NCBI GenBank assembly: GCA_030141605.1
Contig: JAQGDQ010000575.1
Coordinates: forward strand, 1-64,000
Source of the DNA: Tubiluchus corallicola
Taxonomy: Eukaryota > Animalia > Priapulida
Length of the DNA: 64,000 nt
Direction: 5' to 3'
The stretch's first letter is position 1. Each line of letters begins with the position of its first letter. Shown here in pieces: positions 12,701 through 23,000 of the stretch. The translations under genes and the position numbers were made by a program. Under the pieces are notes generated by a model. The model did not search any database. It saw only the letters and a program-made list of their open reading frames with translations, and was not told the origin of the DNA.

Positions 12701-15700
12701 CTAATGAATTTCAATCGTTTACAAATCAGATTTTATAAATCATTTATAAAATTCTAATCATAATTTGAATACCGGAGCTGAAAGTTCTTTGATGGTCAAA
12801 TATATTATGACAGTATAATAACAAGCTAAAAATTTGATGTAAAAAACTCAAGAACAATGGGTAGAAAAAGAGCTTGTTGAAGGGTGAACTTCCACCCACT
12901 GTATCAAATATAACTGTGACATAACCGTAGACGTAACTGTGCATTGCAAGAGAAAGTTAAAGGACAAGAAAACTGAATTCTTACAAACAGCTAAAAATTT
13001 GTCTTGAAATTTCATATCACCTACATGCTGTGCTATTGCATAGAGTTTGCATCAGCAATAACACTGTATAAAACTTGTAAGCTTAAACTCCAACACTGAC
13101 AGTTGGATGCGGCCATTTCAACAGTCCGTCGTTGAGTAAGAAATTGAAGCAAATTCAGTGAAGTTGAAGACAGTTTGAAGATATAATCAGAACATTTGTA
13201 GCACACACTTCACTAAGTAAGTAAAAAAGTATAAACTACTTTATCTTATCAATAAGATGAACATTATCCTTTTTGGTGAGCCAGTGGTGCACACTGGGAT
13301 GGTGACACAGTGATGTTTTCCAGCTGGAGCAATTTAAATTACTAAGAATTTTTTTCAGTTACATAAGTCTTTCAAATAGACAATCAACATGCTAAGTAAC
13401 ATAGCTTTGTGTAGAAACTTTTTTTGGAACTGCCTTTCGTTTTCCTTCAACTTACCGTATTCTCTAAATTTTCTGTCTTGTCTACCAGAAGCTCTAACCT
13501 CTCGCCTCTGGCTGCAATATTATCTGTAAAAATTTGCAAATAGCAGTTACAACCAAGCAAGCAGAAATATCAGTTTGTTTGTAAAAATACAATTCATTGA
13601 AGGAGAGTGGAAAAGGGCACATCAGATCCAAGTCTGAAATGAATTGTACGGTAATGATCACCCAGGCCAGTGATTTCCACCTTTTTCCACACATGCACCC
13701 TGTTTGAGATATATGAGAATCAAGGGTGTCCGCTCCAATGCTTCCAAAGGGAGGGGAGCAAAGGGACATACTCCTACTATCACAATTATAGCTTAGCATT
13801 ATCGCACCCTGGGCCCTCAGTGGGGGCTGGGTCTTGGAATCGCAGCAAAAGTCACACCAGTATTTTCGAACAAGTGCTTTAATATCTCATATCTTATAGT
13901 ATGAAGTCGTCCAACAAGGTAAACTGGATGCAAAACAAGAGGACGGAGAACTGAAGCAGCAAAGTGCTTGTAACTAGTTGACTGGTTGGCTGTACACTTG
14001 TACTGTACATGAACTGATATCACCTGAGACTGCTTGTTTTTGCCGCTGCAGCCTGCTGAAGACGTTAAACTTTCACTTTGTATCGATGGCTGTGATTCGT
14101 CTGAAGCTGTCACCGTTCGTAGTGACCGCTTGACCCCCGGGCCTGGCCCCTTACTACTGAGCAAGGCAGAGAACAAAAATTATCGAGTGCCGACACTCTT
14201 TAGGGAATTAATTATGAGGTTTTCACCCTAGGTTAGAAGGTCTCATCCAGGCGGGGGCAAATAACCTGTTTGTTCCCTCCCAGCAGACGCCTATGGTTAG
14301 AATATCATCCCCCTTTCCAGGTTATCTGATGCCAAAACAGCATTTCAAATAACATGCATGTGACATTGCAATTTTTACCTTTTCTGCATTAATACATAAC
14401 ACATTTACTTGGATCATTTTTATACTGGATTTTTGCAAATTTGGTAGCAATAAAATGTTGCTACATTTACAAACTTGAATAAGGTTCTAGTCTGATGTGC
14501 GACATTCAATAGTAAGATATCCTGTAAGTTATATACAACTTATAGGAACTGTAGTTTGTACAAAGAGTAATATTACAAAAGTTTCAGGCCTTAATCTGCA
14601 GTTTAATCCCTTCTGCATTGAAAATATAAAATTCTCTCTTGGAATATAATCCCTGCTGAGTTATATTAACTTACGTAGCTTAGTGTTACATATGAGCTAA
14701 AATTCCTCGTCGACAAGCAGTTTTTTGTTGTTTTTTTACGTACCGATATTCTTCACCATGATGCCCTTGAGGTCGTCAAGGTCGTGTTGAACACGTGACA
14801 CTGGATCCACTGGTCTAGAATCAGAGAAATACCTCTAAAAATAAAAAAAATCTAATTACAAGACAGGAAGGTAACCGTAGTTACAAATCTCAAGTCATCT
14901 GATGTGCAGAACTAAAAACATGCATACCTCTGACAACACTGTGTTTGAGAATCAGTAAAATTTATCCAGCAAAATATATCAACTATTCCAGCCACATTTG
15001 TCTCCATCAAATTGTAAATGGTACGATATAAAAAAGCCAGTTTCCCAAGTCGCACATACTGTATCATGAGACATGTTTGGTTAAACTTTTTTTATATGCA
15101 TGTAGTGCATCTAGTTTTCCGTCACATCAGCTTTTGGTCTGGAGTTCTGCTTAAATTACAGGCAGAAGTGGTATTTACTGCATACTAGATATGTTTCCAC
15201 AGACCCATGCAGCTTGTAAGACGAAATAAGGGCAAAAATGTTGGTGGTTTTCTGCTAAAAAAATCTGTTTTTTAACGCGTTCACAAACATTGTCAAAACA
15301 TGCTCAAAATTTGAAGATTTTCTGAGAGAAAATGCCAGATCTGAGCTTTTTTCGTTCACTTAAAGCGCCACAGCTATCACACTTTACCAAACACCACTGG
15401 CAGTCAAGGACAAGAGCTGACATGAAACAGAGACAAATTGATAATACTACACTTTTAAAATATAAAATTGACAAACCTTGTGGGTCACAAACTAATCACT
15501 ATAGTAAGGGCTAATCAATTAAAATTCCTGTTGATGTTACATCAAACTAATGCATGCTAAAAGAGTAGACAACAGAAGCCAAACAGCAAGGTAATGGATT
15601 CCAGTGATGATTTAACAAAATCTAGTAAAACTATGTTGTAATTGATCTGCATACAAAGTAGCACACTAGACGTTTAAGTCGTATTTTTATACATACACTT

Positions 15701-18700
15701 TTTATTTGCTATTGTGAAATATGCGAAATATGAAGTGTCATGCATATAAATATGTAAAACAGAAGCACTTCGTCTCTGCAAGTTGCTTATACAAAGACTC
15801 CGGCTTTTTATTTATTTTTACTTCCACTTGACTGTGATGAAGTCGTTTATATATATATATATTAAGTAGACCTTATTTATTTATCTGCTGAGAAAATTTT
15901 AAAAGATACACGTGTGTACATCTCTCATACCATTTGACCTGCTAAGACTTTGGAAAATTCTGTATTGAAAGCAAATGCGAGAGCAGTCTCTGCTCGCGGT
16001 CCAAACATTGTTTGAAATCTCTTCTTTATTTCTTGAAGAAATAAGAAAGCTCTAGATCTCTCAAACTCCTGGAAAGTTAGAATAACAAAATATACTAAAA
16101 GCATAAGAAAACCCTTTACTTACATAACGCTAAAAAAATTCTTTTGAATTTGAAATTTTATATCACCTACATACTCATTGAAAAAATAATGGTAGCACAC
16201 CTCTTCGCTAACTAAACAAAAATATAAATTACAGTTATACCTCCGTTTTCGAACGTCTCCGTACTCGTACAAATCGGTTTTCGACCAGAAAATTCGAGCT
16301 GAAATTGTCTCCGCTCTCGACCAGAATTTCGATACTCGACCAACCGCCAAACACGTGATGAACACATGCGCGGCGAGCCGAGCATAACCGACCGCACCCG
16401 AGAGTAGTCACGCACAAGATTTGAATTGCCTAATATCACTAAGCGCTTTCTATTCTTATTTTTCTCCGCTTTTTCGTGCAGGAACAATTATGCTTTTCTT
16501 TCAAAGTAATTCTATTATGTTTTTCTTATCAATTATATCGTATCTACAGTTTGAATAAATATTTTTGCATTACGATACTTCGTTTTAGTAATACTTTACA
16601 GTTCATTTGGTGCTTGAGAACGGATTATTTGCTTTTACATTATTTCTTATGAGAATAAATGATTCGGTGCTCAACCAAATCGGTTTTCAAACACTTTTTA
16701 GGAACGAATTATGGTCGAAAACAGAGGTACTACTGTACTGTATCTTAGCAAAAAATAAAATAAAAAATAAGTTTTTTGGTGAATCAGTAGTGTACCCTGG
16801 GAAGGTCAGTAACATTTTAGCAGCTGACCTGATAATTAAGTGCAAAGAATTTCCTTTTCTAATTACAAAAGTTTTTCAAGCAGGCACGTGTAATGCTAAG
16901 TAATACAGTGTTCCCTCGCTACTTCACGGTCCGTTTATCGTGGACTTGCTGTTTCACGGGTTTTCAAATATGTTAATGTAAAATATTTATCGCGGTATTT
17001 TTGCTGTTTCGCGATACTTCTTCTAAAGTATTTTTGCACATGCGTACTACGTATTGTACGGTAATGTATAGATTTGATGAATTTTGCATAAAAAATCACA
17101 AAATGTATAAAAATATATCAAAAATATTAATTCTAACATTAAAAGAATATTATAAATCATAAAAATTACCATTTACAGTAAATAGGTGTATTTATACGGC
17201 AGATGAATACACACCAAAAAGAAATGTAGTACTTGCGCCCGCTTGAGATACGGGAAAGGGTTATGTATAAGAGCGGGGGAGGGTTTATAAAGACTTAAAA
17301 TAAGGTATAACTACTAAAATAAGTATAGCATCCCTACTTCGCAGAAATTCACTTATCGCGGGTGGGCCTGGAACGGAACACCCACGATAAGTGAGGAACA
17401 CTGTATAACTTTGCGTCGAAAGATTTTTGTGACATAGTTTAAAATTGCCTTTTCTTCTCCTTTAATGAAATATGAAGAAAAAACTGCCAAAGCAAATAAA
17501 AACAAAACGAAATTATTTCAGCCAGAACATTTTAACATAAACATAAGATTGCAGCGAACTTTTCAATGTATAATAACACTAAATCAATAAAGAAATGCTA
17601 AATAAAAGCTTTATATTATAATTTGTTTGCTGTTGACACACAAAAAATGAACAAAAAATATTGTTAAAATGTAAGTTTTTGATACAAACAAGAAAAGAAA
17701 CAAATCAAGACTGCAACATGGAAATATAGCATCGAGCAGCTACCAAGATTTACTGTTTATGCTTAATCAAACTGTCAGAAAAAGTAAAAATACCAGTTGA
17801 ATAAAATGAAAAGGCACTTAGAAAAAGTAAGCATGTAGGCAACTTAAAGGAAGACAGGATGATTTTTCATATATCACCACATTTTTAAATCCTATAAAAG
17901 TATACACTTTAACACAATTAATACTGCAAAAGTATTTCTGATAATTACATAATAGATTAAAAACTTAATTAACGATGGGCGAGCCCAACTATTGATGACA
18001 TCACAAAGTAACATAACTTTCAAAAGCAAAAATATTCCACGAGCGTGTTGCACATGTTTGCGAAAGAAAAAATTGAAGTACAGTGCTACTGTAAGATATT
18101 CAGTATGTTGTACTAAAACTAGGCAAATTTTGAGATAGAAATTCATATTTCAAATATACCGCTGTGTTCACACATGAGCTGTCGAATGTGTGTAGTTCGT
18201 CACAATCTGAACTGAGAGGTACAGCATCTGGTTTTTGTGCAATGCTTTTTGAAATGCAGGCGCTAGTGCCCATCTAACTAGCGAATGGCAAAATGCATGA
18301 AACAGCAAAATATTAGTGGCGCAAAAGCAAAATTGTGTTTGTGTGGCAATAATTCTTTTACGTAAGTCATTTTTGAAAAAATAGTATGTTTACTTTCAAA
18401 ATTTTGAAGAGTAGATTGTTTTGGCCTACAGTTTAAGATTGGGTCCGGTTTTGGTTTAAGTAAACCATATTTAATACAGCATAAGTTTAGAGTTAAATTT
18501 TTTTTAACTCACAAACGGACAAATTTTTTAAACTGGCTATTTATTTTAATTTTTATTTGATATACTTACATCATCTTTTTTAAAGCTAAACTTTTTAAGC
18601 AGACAAAAACAGACAAAGTTTTCTGTAAATGACCAGTTATGATAATGTACTTACATCATCTGTTATGCACATGTATATGATTTTATCCTCACATAGATAA

Positions 18701-19343
18701 TGAAACAGATAGCTGAAACAAAACAAAGTGACGTGTGAAATAAGATTTTGTCTGTAATTAAATTTCCATTGAGAAATTAGTAATCTTTTGTACAAGTTCA
18801 AAAACACAAGCATGCATTTGAAACTGCAGTGCAGTAACCAAACTGTATTCTGTTTCATCTGGTATTGCACACAGATAAAAAGTACGGAAGACAAGCTTTC
18901 ATAGTTATGCAACATTAATATTGGTATAAAATACTAGTCTTATGTTACAGTAGAATACTTTACAACTTCACATAATGTCTAGCGTCTACTGTTTCCATGA
19001 CAACGGAACTAACTACAGCCGATCATCATGACCTAACACTATGCGAATGCAATGCTAGACTACAACATAAACTCCAACACCTGCTAACTCAGTTTAAGTA
19101 AAAATTTGATTAATTAATTTATTAATTTTTAACAAATCAGGAGCTTGTGTAAAGACTATAGATCAATGATATTCATCATTTCACTAAAGTTTTTTACCTA
19201 GCATGTGAATATGTTAACTTCCCGTTCTCTGGAGGAATTTTTGCTAGAATTTGTTCTGTGACTTCAGAAAAGTTCCCTGCACAAGAGGCATGTTTAGCGA
19301 GGACGGTCACCCCACGAGCGACAACCCCGTATAATATCGGCAT
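9739..19343 (-). CDS. VAMP7: Vesicle-associated membrane protein 7 (longin R-SNARE, TI-VAMP/SYBL1), 7 coding exons, 221 aa
   Basis: Exons: 19343-19198 (MPILYGVVARGVTVLAKHASCAGNFSEVTEQIL), 18712-18655 (YLFHYLCEDKIIYMCITDD), 16068-15931 (EFERSRAFLFL), 14834-14744 (LKGIMVKNI), 13523-13456 (IAARGERLELLVDKTENL, zero-layer Arg), 12287-12195 (SVTFKKSSRTLA..KLTIIIIVVVL), 9810-9739 (VIIYFIISAACGGLGWQKCVGKG*). 666 nt, all GT-AG. Confidence 0.97.
9951..10104. repeat. ~30-bp minisatellite (TAATCTACTAACGTTACATTAACGTGACAT-like)
   Basis: About five degenerate tandem copies in the last VAMP7 intron. Confidence 0.85.
10669..11000. repeat. Long inverted repeat (~95-bp arms) followed by a direct partial copy
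   Basis: 10669-~10765 is the reverse complement of ~10806-10904, and ~10733-10814 recurs in direct orientation at ~10918-11000. Confidence 0.9.
11343..11402 (-). CDS. VAMP7: Candidate alternative terminal exon of VAMP7 (CAILVLVFVGVTLLFKGKG*)
   Basis: Branch-like GCTGAT then ...CCTGTGCAG acceptor, in phase 0 with exon 6. The peptide is hydrophobic and ends GGG AAA GGT TAG, like the canonical exon (GGG AAA GGT TGA). AATAAA on the minus strand at 11309-11304. Confidence 0.6.
   Translation of the reverse strand, partial: CAILVLVFVGVTLLFKGKG
12961..13447 (+). mobile_element. Non-autonomous TTAA-flanked (Kolobok-like) DNA transposon, family A, truncated copy
   Basis: Starts TTAA|AGGACAAGAAAA; similar along its length to 20815-21310 and, inverted, to 52705-53230. 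Confidence 0.7.
13600..14330 (-). mobile_element. Possible 5-prime remnant of an R2/Hero-like non-LTR retrotransposon
   Basis: GC-richer island in VAMP7 intron 4. The minus frame has TGCMCGKRWKSLA, resembling the CxCGKxCK zinc finger at the start of Hero-type ORFs. Confidence 0.3.
16232..16735. mobile_element. Tigger/pogo-like MITE
   Basis: TA|CAGTTATACCTCCGTTTTCGA ... TCGAAAACAGAGGTACTACTG|TA TIRs with TA duplication. Confidence 0.85.
16906..17403. mobile_element. Tigger/pogo-like MITE
   Basis: TA|CAGTGTTCCCTCGCT ... AGTGAGGAACACTG|TA TIRs with TA duplication. Confidence 0.85.
17848..18455 (+). mobile_element. Non-autonomous TTAA-flanked (Kolobok-like) DNA transposon, family B
   Basis: TTAA|AGGAAGACAGGA ... 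TCCGGTTTTGGT|TTAA; closely similar to 56089-56658 and 40272-40852. Confidence 0.8.
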
Positions 19344-19371
19344 CTTGTCAGGTTTGCATGTATATGAGAAC

Positions 19372-20022
19372 TAAAAATACGTAATTATCTGATCAATATA
19401 CATGTACAGTAAACTAAAATTCTATAGAATCTGATATAAAATGACAGATTTTAACAGTGATCTCTACAGAATTATTGAAAACAAAAATAATGAACTGTGC
19501 AATCACATGACAATACCATTAATATTACAAATTACAATGTAAAAAAAACATCTGATACAGCCTCGTGGTTTGAAACATAGACCTTTCTCTAAATGATGAC
19601 GAAAGGTAAAAGACATCATACTCAGTCATACAGTAATTGTTTTAAGCACAACGCAGGTAGCCAGGCCAACTTAACAATGAAACCTGGCTAACTGGTGACA
19701 GAACTAAAAAGTACACAAATAAACAATTGCACTGCTCTAAAAATAGCAGACTGTTACTAGCAAGTTTACTAAAAATAATGCATTTATTAGCAAGTTTACG
19801 GTCAACTTTAAAATGAAAATACTGACTACAACTAACGTAGATGAAAACCTACATCAATAATAAAGTTTTACCAGACTATTACACTACAGTATCATTCTTG
19901 TGCTGTTATTTATCAGTCTCGTGACTTCAGACGTATTGCCATCTAGCGGCAAGTGTAAGAAAATTTTTGTTGCCGGCGTTCATCACGTTTTGCAGTTTTC
20001 GTTAAAATTTGTTTTTACAAAA
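19372..20022. promoter_or_regulatory. Divergent VAMP7/UCH 5-prime region (VAMP7 first intron and shared promoter) with a CTCF-like motif
   Basis: The ATGs at 19343 (-) and 20023 (+) are 680 bp apart. A minus-strand acceptor near 19371 implies a non-coding VAMP7 exon 1. GCCGCTAGATGGCAATA lies on the minus strand at 19950-19934. Confidence 0.55.
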
Positions 20023-23000
20023 ATGGCTTCAAAACCCAGGTGGTTACCTTTGGAATCTAATCCCGATGTAAGCTTTTTCTTGTTTTTATCTGTAGTGTAA
20101 AATTAATAATATTATCATTTTATTTGGCAATAATGTCATGCTGTTTTAAGCCGCGCAATCAAGTTAGGTTTGTTACATATGTTTACTGGCTTGTCACTGT
20201 TTTGCTAATATAGTATTATTTTGTATTTTAACGTGTAAATATTTTTCCAGGTAATGAACAAGGTGAGCTCGCCATCTGATTATCAGAAGACATACTAAGG
20301 AAGCTGCAATCACCGATTTGATACTAAACTTTTCAACATTTTTTTAACATTACGGTGATATTTAACTAGTTTATTATATTACATTAGCTTTATTTACATA
20401 TAATGCGCTACATGTTACTTTTAGTTTGTCATTTGAGATTAAGAAAATGTGTCAACTGACTACAAGGTAGTTTCATTTACAAACGAAAATGCTTTTAATT
20501 GAAATGGTACAAACTTTAATTCACTAACAACATGTAAGTATTGTTGCTGTTAATGAATTTTCCTTTCGTATTTTAGTACGTAGCTAATCTTGGAGTCACA
20601 AACATTCCGGGAAAGTTCCAATTTGTCGATGTGTACGGCTTGGATCCAGACATACTAGCTACGGTTCCTCAACCAGTTATTGCTGTTCTTCTACTCTTTC
20701 CTTGTAACGACAAGGTGAACTCTGCTCCTAGTTTTACTGATTTATATATCCTGCCTCTTTCTGTATAACCAATTTTACTGATGTGGAAAGTAATCTTAGA
20801 TTATATTTGCTTAAAGTATAAGAAAACCCGTCATAAACATAAAGCTTAGAAAATTTGGCTTGAAACTTTATATCACTTACATACTGCCTTTTTACATACA
20901 GGACTTCAATCGGCAGCCACGCTGTATAAAACATGTAAATTTAAACTCCCGCGATGACCATTAGACGCAGCCATTTTGACGATAATACATTTGAAACAAG
21001 TTTAGATAACATTCTGTAAAGTTTGAAAAAATAATCAGAGCATTCGTAGTGCACATGTCACTAACTAAGTAAAATTTAAAGTTACTGTATCTTGTCAATA
21101 AGATAAAGAAAAGTTTCTGGTTAGTGAGTGGTGCACCCTGCAGGGTGAGTCAGTGACATTTTATCAATTGGTGAAAGCATTTTAAATAATTAATAATTAA
21201 TAATTTTCTTTTGTAGTTACATAAATCTCAAGCAGGTAAGCAAAATGATAAGTAAAATAATTTTGCATGGAAAGTTTTTTGGGACATAATTTAACATTGC
21301 CTTTCTTCCTGTCTTCAAGTGTTTGAAAGTTTAATTCAAGCAGTTTCTTGAGCTCTACCTGCGATAAATATATAAACATTTAAGCATACATCTTAAAGTA
21401 ATGCAAGCTAAAGGTGAAGGCATCTAGCATGTTAACCTTTTCTCTTATATGCAATTGCACGTGTCGAAGTGGAAGACTTACGTCTGTAACATTTGTAAGT
21501 TGTTTGTCACATTGAATCCCTTTGTTCACTTTTCCCGTGTAAGTAATTAACCGATTTAAATTACCTGATACTTTGCTGACTAATTCCTATTTTTTGCTAC
21601 GGCATAAAAAGGCCTACCTTATTGTTTTGTTGCAGCATGAAGCCTATGTCAAGCAGGAGGAAGCCAAGTTGAAAGGCTCTAAGCAGAAGCTAAGCGAAAG
21701 CCTGTACTTTAGCAAGCAGACAGTGGGCAACGCTTGCGGTACCGTCGCATTGTTGCACGTCCTACTCAACAACACGGAGAAACTGGCTCTGAAAGACGGC
21801 GGGAAACTGCAGAAGTTTCTGAATGCTACCAAGGGCATGAAGCCAGAAGAGAGAGCAAAGTATATGGAGACTGAAAAGGTAGATATCTCAATTTAACAGT
21901 GTTCTGTTGAAAAGCTATTTTCACTTTACTGAGTAAGTAAATGTTGCACGCTGCTTGAAACGTGGATCCACAGCTTCTGTAAGGCTCCCTAAGCATTAAC
22001 TGTTTTGACAGCTTACTGTTGTTTTCCATGATCCTCAGCATTCCAGACAGGGCACTTTTTTATATTCGGACAATAGAGTATCGTGGAGCATTGTTTTGCT
22101 TGTTCAGTTGTGAAAAGTGTGATGAAGAAATTTAGTGCACAATTGAAGATTTATTAGGTAATGTAACAGAAACACTGGCTAGACTAAAAGAATGAAGAAA
22201 GTAATGAGCATGAGGGAAAAAATGGTTTTTCAACCAGAAATATAGCATTGCTTTTTTTTAAAAAAAAACTTGCCTGCTCACTGTTAATTTGGGTTAGTAA
22301 CGGTTGAGCCTGTTTTTTGGTAACTAAGAAAACAGAATTGCCTCTGTTGGACTGTTGCCCTAACGTATTGGAACACTGCTATATTCTCTGTTTGGCAAAA
22401 ATTTACGAGCTCAAATTATTGAAATGAATCAATTCACAATTGGGAGTAGATTGCTTTATAATAAAGAATAAGGCAAATTGCCGTTGCCCATTTACCTTTA
22501 AGCAACAGTGTAAATTCAGCTTCATATTCGAGCATAAATCTACGTTTAATGTTTGATCCAACTTTAATTAAGGCTGTAAAACCATTTTTTAATTGCATGC
22601 GTTCTGTAGTTTTTATTAAAAAGTGTCTTGGCATATAGCAGTAAACTTCATTCGCATTTGAATTGTTTGTTAATTTTCTATATTTCATGATTTATTTTGC
22701 TTACAGGATATATCAACGGCTCATGAGGCAAGCGCTCACGAAGGTCAGACAGAGGTAACGTTGCATTGCTACTGGCCGTCTTAACAACGTTATAGATTTC
22801 TGAGCAAAGCAGTGCATGGTCTAGTTTTTTGCCAACACGAGAGCGAGCCCGACGACTACTTGCAGGGCTGTTTGGTGCTGACCAGGCATTGTTTTGGTTG
22901 ATAGTGTAGCGTGTTGCACTTTTAGTGCTTTTGACCGGAGAGTCATCACCTGATGATCCAGATGAGCTCATTTCAGGTCCTAAAGCAAACACCGGAATGT

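Noticed and set aside
22678-22754. Minus ORF tail ..SKINHEI* resembling the human Spire-1 C-terminus (..RTISEI)
   Set aside because: This stretch is the antisense of a well-conserved UCH exon and its acceptor, so the resemblance is probably chance.
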